Below, piece by piece: positions 52,717 through 64,000 of a stretch of DNA of 64,000 bases (positions within the stretch are counted from its first letter, which is position 1; each line of letters begins with the position of its first letter). The stretch is from assembly GCF_006345805.1 (NCBI RefSeq), contig NC_042998.1:71548001-71612000 (forward strand), given 5' to 3'. The translations under genes were made by a program, and so were the position numbers. Below the pieces are notes generated by a model. It worked only from the letters and a program-made list of their open reading frames with translations, searched no databases and was not told the origin of the DNA. Source of the DNA: Octopus sinensis. Its lineage: Eukaryota.

Positions 52717-55394
52717 GTGGGTTTCATATTTTAGTTACTTTGTTTTATCCTATAGTAGATGTGATTTGTGTAAAATATAAGCCTATGAGATTAGCGCTGA
52801 TTTAAGTTCTTTGTAGTTTATTGTGGTGTGATGTACAGACACTGGGGCCCTAAACAATGCTGACATCTTCTACAAAGGAGCTGATAGTGTTTGTAATCTT
52901 ATTTCCTTGATTTGAGCGAATGCAATGCATAAGAAAACACAAATATATGCTTTGGTTCAGTAACTATGTTTTATATGTGTATTGTGTTCGTTGTTGGAGG
53001 CATGATGTTACCTTAAGTATGCTTGTATTATTATTTGCTATATAAATTTTTACATGCGATTAATGTATTTTGTAAGAAGACATTATATAATTGACAGGTC
53101 TTTCATTATCGATGTAGCATTATCCATGGGTTTAAGTAAAACATATGGAAATGTTCTTGTACAATCGTGTGCCGAGAAAAGTGAGATGATGTGACTGTGA
53201 TATTTTACAAAGCATGTACCCATTTCAAGACAATGAACATTATGAATACCCTATTTAGGTTTGGTTAGTTGACTAGCAATTTCATGGGTAGATTAAATGA
53301 TCTTATCAAATACTATCTCTATGTATTTTGAGCATAAAATGATTACATATAATAAGTATGGCTGCTTTCCTATTTTTGAAGCCTTCCTCTGTTATCTATA
53401 AGATATTTCATAGCAGTTTGGTTCCGTTTTAAGACAGAGTGTGTAGATTGGTAGTATTGATTTTTTTTTTTTAAGGTTTTATGGTTGAGTAGGCGGAAAA
53501 GACTTGTCACATTTGTTGATGGCGGGCTTTAGGACTGTGATGCATTTTCACAGCTTCCATTTTCTGTAAAAGAATCGGATTGATCAGTTAGATGCGCTGA
53601 TTTTCTAGTAACTATCGTCATTTATATCGTTTGTTACATGTATACGTACAATTTAATTTTAGATGAATGCTTGTACATAAATTTTTTAACATCGAGTTGC
53701 AAAGAGATTTATATCCAAGGTCATTGCTTGTAATTTAAAAACGCTGTCACGATACTCTCTTATTGAGCTATGTGATCGGCGTCTTTTCGTTTTGGTATTT
53801 TTTCCATTACTTTTGTATATTCCTTCACTTTTTTGTATTTTCCTTTACTTAATTTTGTTCGAGTTTCACCATAAGCTGATATCAAGGAAGGGCTGTTTTG
53901 TTGCTTGTTGGAATGTGATTATATTATCGGATATTATTGTTTTGTCATATTCTTTGTTGAACCATTTCTAGAGTTTGTTCTAATCGTTGCTCCGTTGGAT
54001 TCACAATATATATATAAAGAGATTTCATTTTGTATTGGGATGTGTGAGATTCAAATTATACTCGGTACGATATGAACACCGACTAACATGTATATACATG
54101 TGTGTGTGCGCGTTTGTGCGCGTGTGTGTGCGTTCACGCGTGAATGTATGTGCTTGTGCGTGCGTGTGTGTACGTGCTTGTGTTTGTTCGTGTGTGCGTA
54201 CATGTGTGCGTATGTGTGTGTGTGCGTGTGGGTAGGAACATGTAGATATATAATGATCACAATGTTTAGGAGCATGTTAAAAGGTGTGGATCAATTAAAA
54301 ATCGTATGCTATTGGAAGGTTATGGATGAGGTAACAATATAATTTCTTTTGTCATAAAACACAGGCAGCCTGTTTGTTTGAGTGTGTGTTTCGTATGTAT
54401 ATGCGTGTGTGTGTCCATATGTGTGTGATTGAGAGTGTATGTGTGTGAGTAATTTTTCTATCTATCATTATAATGTTTAACAAAGGCATGGCAATATTAG
54501 TATGTAATGTTTCCAAAATGAAACTCAGAAAGCAGAGGGAAGAAAGCACGAATGTAGTTACATAAAATGCCTCCATCATGTCTAAGCGATTCTCCTCTGG
54601 ATAACAACATACAGAACCAAACACATCAAAATTTTATTCTCTTAATTTAGAAATTAGTTACGAGCATTTATGTCTTAGCAACAGAAATATTCAGTTTTAT
54701 TTTCCCTACTTACTAAAACACACTATTCATCTTGCATGGATAAAATACTATTTTTGAGCAGAAGAACAATGATAAAATTTCAAAAGGCTGAGTACTTATT
54801 ATTTTGCAAAGTATTCTGGATTACTCTATCTCTTATGTTTTCAACATTAATTTCAATGAAAACTTCATATGCACTCTATTCAATAGTTATGGCAAAATAC
54901 ATTTCTATCTGTCTTTCCTAATTAAAATTCCAATTTCTTTCTTTATATGAGCTAAATTAAATGATTTTTATTATTATATTTATTGAAACAGCGCTGTTAT
55001 TGATTTGAACTGTTCGAAATGTTGTAATTAATGAATGAAATAGATTTGGAGATAAGAGCATGGTCGTTGTTTTTTGTTATTATTTTGAAAAGTTTCTGGA
55101 TTTTGCAACGATGGCACATTTTTTTTTAACTTTACTAATTACCTGGGAAATAATGGACTGCCAGAATATTCATAAACTAGTCAGAATATTTTGTAACCTT
55201 CGCTCTCTCAAAATTATTATTTTAATACAGCTTTTTTAAAAATTCAGAGTAGGCTTTGCCTTCTGTCGCAAGAGAAAATGCAAGGAGTTCACATTGCGGC
55301 ATGATAAAGGAAAACCATCTAACCAAGGGAATTTTTATGGAAACACAGATTCATTAATCCCTTCTACCAAAAATACAAGGCCTGAAATTTGGGG

Positions 55395-55565
55395 GATAGG
55401 GGGCTAGTCAATTACATCGATCCCAGTGTTTCACTGGTACTTAATTTATCGACCTCAAAAGGATAAAATGTAAAGTCGACCTTGGAAGAATTCAGAACGT
55501 AATGACGGACGAATTGCTGCTAAGCATTCCTCAACGCGTGCTAACGATTCTGCCAGCTTGCCTAA
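55395..55565 (-). mobile_element. SINE fragment (second family)
   Basis: CTGGTACTTAATTTATCGACC..AAAGTCGACCTTGG..CTAACGATTCTGCCAGCT; related to 14995-15185. Confidence 0.65.
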
Positions 55566-56517
55566 TGAAATGAGGTGGGGGATTAGAATGAAACCCCGTG
55601 TAAAAGACATGAGTATAGACGGAATTGCGGAGATTCGATTTCGTTCCAAATAAAGGGCGGATTCTGGCAGTTGGAGCGTGAATTGGGGAGACAAAGAAAA
55701 TTATAAGAAGAAAGGTTAACATGTGGGAGGTAGCTATTCGACGACAACTTCGAGTAAATGTAGAAAAGGCAGAGGAAGCTGTCAACATGCCAAACGATAG
55801 GGCATATTTGTGCGTGAATTTATTTCAGTCAGTCGAGTAAACATGTCCTCGATACGGCTTAGCTCGTGTAGAAAAATCACAGTGAGATTAGCACACTATT
55901 GTTGTTCCGACACTGACGTTGTAGCGAATTTTTAATTGTTCGGCTGATTGATGATTATGATCTTGACACCGAAGCGACGACGACGATAACGATGGTGGTT
56001 GTGATAATGATGATGATGATGATGATGATGGTGATGTAGATACTTGTAATTTATTTAGTGTTATGGTATGAATGGATTGATTAAATAATAAAAAAAATAC
56101 AAGGATTAATGAAAAATAGAAGATAAAGATTACTCAAAATTTAATTTTCTTAAAATTATTTATTTAAAGTAAGACTTAAGGGTTACGAAAAAGAATGAAT
56201 GGGTAACAATTTTTTAAAATACATTTATCGCATTTTAATTTAATTTCAAATATATAAAAGGGCATATAAGGGGTATTTTTTGTCAAAATCTCCATATCAT
56301 GAAGAGCTGTTCACTTTGAACGGTTAAAATATCCGGGGATGGCTTTCGGCTTTCTCGGATACAGTTTTCTCCTGTATTAACCATACATTAAACGCATTAA
56401 ACTTGCAAAAGCTGATGCATGTTGAATGGTTCTTAGAAACTCAAAATATCAGTGTTCAATGTGTTACACAGGTCTACTTCATTTGTTGTTACACGTGTGT
56501 CTTGTATATATATGGAA

Positions 56518-56890
56518 CTTTAAGTGTCTTCACTCAATAAACACTCAAAACACTCAGTCTGCGAATGGAAACCGCGATCCTATGACTGCGAGACCATTTC
56601 CCTGACTGCTGGGTCATTGCGCCTTCACTTAGAGCACCACGAGGCTCGGGCAGGGGTGGTAGCGAACCCTACTGTACTCTTTCACCACAACTTTTTCTCA
56701 CTCTGTCTTCCTGTTTCTGTTGTAGCTGTATTTCAAAGAGCCAGCCTTGTTACACCTTGTGTCACGCTCAATCTCCCCGAGAACTGTCTATGGATTACTC
56801 GGCCACTTGCACATTAATCGTACGAGCAGGCTGTTCAGTTGATGAATCAAATGGAACCCTTGTCGTCGTAACCGACGGCGTGCCGTAGTC
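56518..56890. mobile_element. tRNA-derived SINE with an inverted head
   Basis: The head (56518-56626) reads on the minus strand while the body (56627-56890) reads on the plus strand, relative to the intact order seen at 19205. Confidence 0.7.
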
Positions 56891-56919
56891 GTATATATAT
56901 ATAGATAGATATATATATT

Positions 56920-57065
56920 TGTGTATGTATGTACGTATGTATGCATGTATGTATGTATGTATGTATGTATGTATGTATGTATGTATGTATGTATGTATGT
57001 ATGTGTGTATGTATGTGTGTGTGTATGTATGTATGTGTGTATGTATGTGTGTGTGTATGTATGTA
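56920..57065. repeat. (TATG)n microsatellite
   Basis: Direct reading. Confidence 0.95.
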
Positions 57066-57089
57066 TAAGAGTAATGAGACAGGACATCG

Positions 57090-57580
57090 CACAACTTAGA
57101 ACACCAAAAACGAAAAACAAGACAAAAACCTGAAGAAACAACTAACAAGAGCGAAATTCTCATCAGAAACTAAAACCGAATTCTTTGTAAAAGAGTGCAG
57201 AGATGTGGGATCTGCAGTAACCCCGCCTACAAATATATAGAGGAAGACAAACATATGAAATTTAAGAGCTGTCACATATTCAAAGTAAATGCAGACATGA
57301 ATTGCAAAACGAAGAACGTAATATACTGCATAACCTGCCCCACATGCAAGGATAATTATATAGGCGAAAGTGGAAATTTTTCATGCCAATGAGCCAGAAT
57401 TCAACGACAACATGTTTGACAGGAGGAACTGCGAAAGATTCTACTGAGTAAACACTTAGATACACTTGGAGAAGGAAAATTTAAGATCTTTCCCTTCTAC
57501 AAATGACCAAGGAATGACACCTTCTTCAGGAAAAATATAGAAAAATACTTCATAACAAAGTTCTCCCCCAATCTGAATGG
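57090..57580 (+). mobile_element. Penelope-like GIY-YIG endonuclease fragment
   Basis: Reads KNLKKQLTRAKF, MNCKTKNVIYCITCPTCKDNYIGES..R...QH, KIFPFYK, EKYFITKFSPNLN. Confidence 0.88.
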
Positions 57581-57659
57581 CTGAAACTATTTCTGCAATA
57601 ATTTGTACTGGATGAAGGACCAATTTTGTAAAGTAAATTGTATTAAACACACACACACA

Positions 57660-57746
<87 letters not shown>

Positions 57747-58254
57747 AACACAAACACACTCATACACAGTATTATACATATGTGCATATACATAAATAGA
57801 AACCATCTTACATTCAAATTCTCCAACCCACACCGACACGGGAATCAAACATTGGATTGAAAGAACTGAACAGCGGTATAGATGTCAACACAAGTATTTC
57901 TTCTTCCTTTCTTCCTTCTTTCTTTCTTTCTCTTTTCCATTGACACCTCTTTCAGATACAAATGCACACACACACGTACTCTCTCTCACTTTCTCTCCAT
58001 TCCACACACTCTTTTACTATCCTATATCTCTCCACGTCTACACACTCAATAATAGTATCTAAAGAGACGAATCTTCTAAAAAAATTCAAATCTGAAGAAT
58101 CCACTAGATTTCATGCAAGCGCTGATATATGATTTATAAAAAAACATGTGACATATTAAAAAAAATCTGTAAATATTCACATTTCTGAGTACCGTATTTC
58201 GTCTTATATATATATATATATATATATAGTCTATTGACCACTGGTAGTTAATCC

Positions 58255-58385
58255 AAGTTAATCCAAACAAGAAAGCACAAAAAAAAAAACACAACAACGC
58301 GAGGACGTGGAACAAATATAATACTATATTTGTTCCACGTCCTCGCGTTGTTGTGTTTTTTGTGCTTTCTTGTTTGGATTAACTT
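58255..58385. repeat. Fold-back hairpin made from a pLTR 3' end
   Basis: Arms 58255-58320 and 58325-58385 with loop ATAC, differing only in A-tract length. Homologous to 39291-39352. Confidence 0.9.
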
Positions 58386-58389
58386 TATA

Positions 58390-60990
58390 TATATATGAAC
58401 AGAGTTAGCGGTTATAGTAACCGAGAAAGGGATAAAATATACGCCTATACAATCGGTATCCGTTTTCTGTATTATCCACCGGCATTGGTGAGCAGGCACA
58501 CCATAAACATAGAGTGCAGATAACAACAGGTTAGACATGAGTTTATCAGGAATATAATGCAAATAAATAGAAAATGGGGAAAATCACCGATTAACCAACA
58601 TTTCAAACAGACCACATTTATAGCTTATTTTGTAATACAAAGCATGACATAACAAAATAGGTGACGTAACATATCTTACGGCCGTTACTGATCAGATTGC
58701 CTAAGTACAGTCTATAAATAAATGCGAGAATAAAGTTCTTCATCTTCATAGGGCATTCGTATTAAGGCAACGGAGTGAAAAACAAGAGCATGCAATATAA
58801 ACAATATGTAGGAAAGAAAACATGGCTTAGATAAAGAGTCAAGAAGCCCAAAATGTTAAGAACAAATAATTTACCACCGATAGGTACAAGAGTGAGCTAG
58901 TAATGGTCTAGGGAATAATACAATTTATTAACTGGTAGGTGCAATTAGAAAGTGGGTTGTCAGGATGTTTAAAAAAAGACGTTATCAAGAAACTATATAT
59001 AAGGAAAATACTAACATGATTATCAATGGGCAGTACCTAAGCTGACGGGTTAAACTCAAGTAAATGGAAAGAACAATCGTAGGAACTAAAGAAAAAATAT
59101 ACCCAGAATCCTATCTATGGTCCATAATGAGACAAGTGTAAGTCCAGCGGTCTCTACAATTGGTCAGTAACAATTTGAACCGAGATCACAAGTTTAAACC
59201 GTTACTAAGGAATTTGATTATAAAATAAACAAGAAAAGAAAAAAAAGATACGGGGAATAAGCCAATGCATAGATAGTGTGGGGCCGTTTATGTCATGCAG
59301 TATCTTAACGTAATAATATGCATGAGTGAAGAATTTGGGAAACTTCGGGGTAGTGGTTAAGGGGAGGCAACTACTACTGGTAATCCATCGGTTCGATGAA
59401 AACTACCAGGGAAAGAAATTGGGTTAAACTCTGTATATAGCGAATTGTAGTAATAATTAAGTATATACACGTATGCAAGAAAAATTTATCTCAAAGGTGC
59501 TCTACAATGCACAAATAAAATAGCACTTGCAATTAGGCGGATAATATATAAGGCCGAGTCACATGCTGAAATAATATGAAGTAATGAAACTTAACAGAGT
59601 CCTAAGTACGCTTCATAAGCATTACATAGTCATTGAAATTATCATAAAACAATTTAAAATCAGATAATGGCACTAATGGGTACAGTTAATGCGGGGTCCA
59701 CAGGCAGATTGGTACTATGAGAAAAGTTACCTTGAATCAAAGCAATTTACTAAGTATGCCTAAAAAGCAAAAGCAAATACCCTAAGATCAGAAAGAAATA
59801 CAAATTGAATCTTATCCTTAAAATTATAAACAAAGGTATCTTAGCTCCCAGTGGGCATGCAGTACAATAAAGTAAAGAAAATATAAAAGATATAATAAAA
59901 ATAACATGAACATGATGAGAAAATCAAACATGGGGGGAATGTTTGCATGTATGTAGTGCTACTAATGTACAAGGAAATGGGGGAAGAGTAGTGAGTGGAG
60001 GAAAGAACAATGAGTTAGTAGCGAAGATAAGCCCAAATTCCAGGAAGTACCTACAAATACGTCCATGTTATAAAAGGTGCTAGAGGGTAAAGAAAGCTAG
60101 CAAAGTGGGAAAAGCTAGAATTGAAATTTAAATAATATTTGGGATATGAAGTGGTTACAGTGGTAAAACGCCATATGGTAGAAAACCTCAGGCCTTTGCA
60201 TTCTCGGATCAGTTAAGATAGAAATAGAAGGCATAATACAAGGGGTTAGGTGATGGTAAAATGGGGAAAAGTTAGTTGGTGTAAGAAATAACTAATAGAT
60301 ATGGGTGAGGGATACATTCAAAATTTAGGAAAAGGAAAGAGCCGTTGGTTATTGGACTACCTCAGTTATTCCTAACAAGACGAACTATTAAAGAAGTAAG
60401 ATGCATAACCAGCATGAAACTATTCTATGCTGTGGGGTTGGAGGTAACATTATGGGGTAGTGTATTTCTAGTGTTATTAAATTGTATGAAATAGGTAATA
60501 GGCATGGGTGGGAGTAACATTAAGATGTATAACCTGCATTAAACTATCAGGAGCTACTTTTTGTATGCTGTGGAATTATAAGTATTACGTGGGGAAGAAT
60601 AAGTATTTCTAGTGTTAATTATAGTTATCGAAAGTAGCACTGCCTTTGTGCTGGCAAGCTACAGTTCTCTCAACTCTCAGGTTCACTAAAGGATTAAGTG
60701 CTGTTAGAATATACATTATGCGAAGGGACAGTAGCGAGGATCTCCCATTATGTGTAATGCTACAGCCTATCCTTATTGTACTAATATTTATAAGATTAAA
60801 ATACCAATTATTGTTATCATAGTGACTATTTACGACATTCAATAATTGTATTGCTCAGTTCGTCCTTATATGCAATGGGGAAAGGGATTATAAACCAGAT
60901 CTTATCTTCCGATTTGTCAGTAGTTTCTTTGTCGGGGATGTGCTTATTGATATTACTTTTCCTATGTGCATTGACCCTCGTAGTTCTACC
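58390..60990 (-). mobile_element. Heavily decayed Penelope-like element
   Basis: Minus-strand traces include an N-terminal region near 60650-60750, a KRYLDD-like AAGCGTACTTAGGAC near 59600-59615, and overall PLE-like organisation. No open frame remains. Confidence 0.4.
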
Positions 60991-61034
60991 TATATAAATA
61001 GGAGACACACAAATAAGAAAGATGAAAGCAAGGG

Positions 61035-61076
61035 ACCACTTATGTGGTGACAGAAGTGTGACGAAAGAACTCTGGT
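61035..61076 (+). ncRNA. Decayed hammerhead of the same family as 22400
   Basis: ACCA-CTTATGT-G-GTGAC-AGAAGT-GTGAC-GAAA-GAAC-TC-TGGT. Helix I is intact but the core and helix II are mutated. Shares GTGTGACGAAAGA with 22422-22434. Confidence 0.4.
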
Positions 61077-61120
61077 TGAAATAAGATTAAGATTAATGTA
61101 ATAAATAAATAAATAAATAA

Positions 61121-61185
<65 letters not shown>

Positions 61186-62978
61186 TTACGAGCAACACTG
61201 GTATTGTAAGTATTATCGACCACATATATGAGCTTCTCTTGTTCTCTGGTTTGCTGCAGTTTAGCACCGGGCGTTAAGGCACGCGAAATTAAAAAAAAAA
61301 AAGCAGGCGCGACAGCTTACAAGAAATCCCACAAAAATGCCGAAACATCGATGTCCATCATATCTGAGTGGAATTTAGTGCATGACTTCTCTCCCTTGTA
61401 TATAACGTTTAGATGTTTTAATATCTAGCTCTTTGATGTAGTCTTCTCCAACGCGTTAAGTGCCGCCTACCGCTGAACAAGCAAAGTACACACTCTGTGT
61501 GTGTGTGTGGTCGATATCAATTATAGTCAAGAAATAAATATAAAGTCAAGAAATAGATATCGAATATATATATGTATATATATGTGTGTGTGTGTGCGTG
61601 TGTGTGTGTAGAGTCTGTGTTTATGTGCATTTCTGTGGATATATGTGTGTGTGTATGCGTCTGTGTGTACGTAGGTATGGATTTACAATTTCACAAGCAC
61701 ATAAACACTCACACTAAATTATATGTCCTTACACACGTCTGCACATATTATGCAAAAGAAATACTTCACTGATAACCTGACAAACCTAGGCTTCAAATTC
61801 AAATTTCGGCAGTAAACACTACGCTAGTTTACATTCCACACACAGATGTATAATTGGATAGTGTCATCAGTGTAAGCTGCGTATGAAACTACAGATCTTT
61901 AGTGATCCTGTTAGTCTATTTCATAAATTTAATATTATATATGTGTATATGCATATGAGTGCGTGAGTTGTTTGTTTGTGTGTTCGGCATGTTGTTTAAT
62001 AGATTCTTTATCAGTGAAAGAAACAAATCAAACAATTTGCTATTTGTATACACAATCTTTAACAAAAAAAATGTTAATAAACCTTTGAATACCCACATTA
62101 AGAATAGAAAATGATGAAATGCTATTATACAAAGCAATTCACCTGCTAGCCATTTGCGAAAATATCAACAATGTATTGTGATTTAAACCGATCAATATCT
62201 TCAAAAGCGTCAGAAATATTATCCAATTTTAAAATAGAAATAACGTTAGATTTAGTTTTAATTGCTCACAAATTTGACACAAAAATCTTAAATTTTAGCT
62301 GCAAAATTCGCCAGCAGATATCTGCACCCAGTCTATATCCTGTATGTAATTAACTTGTTAGCTTATGAATTTAATAATTGATGTATTTGCAAATGAGTGT
62401 TCTATTTTCGTAAAAGCAACCCATTTGCTAAAAACAGATTGAGGTTGAATGAGAATAATTTCACGATAAAATTTAATCCAGAAAAGCAACTGCAATTTTA
62501 AGAAATCTTATGCAACTGTTTAGAAATAATATATGTTTGCACTTCATTATCAAAACATGTATAACTGTCTTGTTCTTTTTAAACGAATTTTGCTATTCAA
62601 TGTCTAAAGAAACCAAACGTATTGTCGACATCTGCTATATATTTTAGAATGTAAGCCATAAAAATATCAGCCATAGCTTTTTGACGGCGTCTAACAAAAA
62701 AATAATACGATAAAGAAAAGTGGAAGAGGGGCAAGGAATTTCACAGGAAATACAAAGTCAGAGAGGGAGAGAGAGAGTGAGAGAGTACGTGACGACGTTC
62801 ATAAAAAATAAAATGTAAAATATTTTGTTTTTTCTTAAACACGAGATATAGTGTTCAAATTCAGGATGTTTATGAAAAACACTAAATTTTATAGTCACAG
62901 TATATATACTTTCTCACACAACAATTACAAAATATTTATTTTAAATCATTTTTTTTTAATCGTTCATCTATTTCCCCC

Positions 62979-63012
<34 letters not shown>

Positions 63013-64000
63013 ATATTACTTTGGGTGCGAAAGTTTTGTATTTATTTTACTATAAGTCTGTTATCATATCTACATACGCAAACATGTATAAACAGCCTGT
63101 GTCAGACTTTTGAGGACACCTCTTTCAAGAGCTTTAACTTTCACCGATCTCTTTAACTTATCAATTACATAATGCCATACATCAGATTGACTCAGTAAAC
63201 GAAAAAAAATCCTCTGCAATTTTTACCTTAAAAGCACAGTTTCGAGACATAGAGATAACTCGCTTGCTGAATGTTACGCGATACTTCGTTATCAAATTTT
63301 GAATAGAGCGGTGAAATGCAAAACGTATGGATTAAGCCCTAAAACTATCAGAATAATTAACTTTGAACAAAAATTCAAAGGAATAATCGATAAAACCTCA
63401 GAAAACTTCAAGAAAAGGCTTCAAGATATCAGAATGAACTATGAAACGTGTTGTGCATAGGGACACCCGAAATGAGTCATATGTGATATGGGGTCCATTT
63501 ATGGAGATTATATGACACGAGAAAATCCTTCGGTTAATGCAAAGCGTTTTCTAAATTACCAAATCCTTCCTCCTAATACTTTGTATAATTCCTTCCGTAC
63601 AATAGGCTGTCTGAATCGCAATGCTAAACTGCTATTGTCAGAAGACTCTATCTTGTTTGATAAACCCTTACACACTTACCCTCCCCCTTTGGTGAGCTGA
63701 TAATTCTAACACACACTAAACGTCGGCAAAATAAGTGACGATCTTGCCAATATACATATGTCTCTTCTTATTAGGTGTATTGTTTCTTTCCAGGTAATGT
63801 ATCCAAGATACATGTATTTTCACACTTGTATGATGGACATATTATATGATAAATATTATATACACTTGTACAATATATACAATATATTTGTTGTTGTTTG
63901 TTATTGCCATGGCATATAGAGATATTCAAATTTCATACTTCACTTTCACCTATACTTATTATGTATATTTCGTGTCCGCGTCTTTTTACGTATATATGTG

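Noticed and set aside
55250-55310. KMQGVHIAA resembling KMEEIHVAA of candidate exon 11170
   Set aside because: Followed at once by TGA and has no donor site; likely coincidence.
58078-58125. CTGAAGA...GCAAGCGCTG downstream of the GIY-YIG fragment
   Set aside because: The position fits a pLTR ribozyme, but GAAA and the cleavage site are destroyed, so it cannot be supported.
60826-61008. ORF starting MSPIYIGRTT, suggesting an N-terminal GIY-YIG (Naiad/Chlamys-type PLE)
   Set aside because: Only the YIG half is present with no downstream Arg/His/Glu/Asn motifs; insufficient evidence.
61245-61360. GCCGAAACATCGATGTCCA with palindromic helix III
   Set aside because: The upstream core is unrecognisable (CTGCAGT at best), so it is only a possible relic.

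Overview
AT-rich, microsatellite-saturated animal genomic DNA. The repeat families look like those I recall from octopus; that assignment is my inference, not a database result. There is no intact protein-coding gene and no intact autonomous transposon. The window is almost entirely mobile-element debris: (i) R4/Dong-type non-LTR 3' ends next to (AAT)n; (ii) one 5'-truncated Tx1/L1-type LINE (25931-30777) with (TCTA)n on both sides; (iii) many Penelope-like element (PLE) fragments (RT, GIY-YIG endonuclease, pseudo-LTRs) with (TA)n at their ends; (iv) mariner, maT-like and Chapaev3-like DNA transposon relics; (v) several tRNA-derived SINE families. The most striking unexplained structure is a ribozyme and fold-back system. 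I can read about ten type I hammerhead-ribozyme (HHR) motifs by eye, from several different sequence families. Four near-perfect fold-back palindromes are built from PLE/pLTR-type sequence, and two of them have their turn inside the ribozyme's helix II. The best case is a 545-nt, apparently non-coding, HHR-carrying tandem unit at 34925-36035 that resembles a retrozyme. Four small phase-compatible candidate exons on the + strand hint that the window may lie within the introns of an unidentified host gene (low confidence). All alignments, folds and translations were done by eye.
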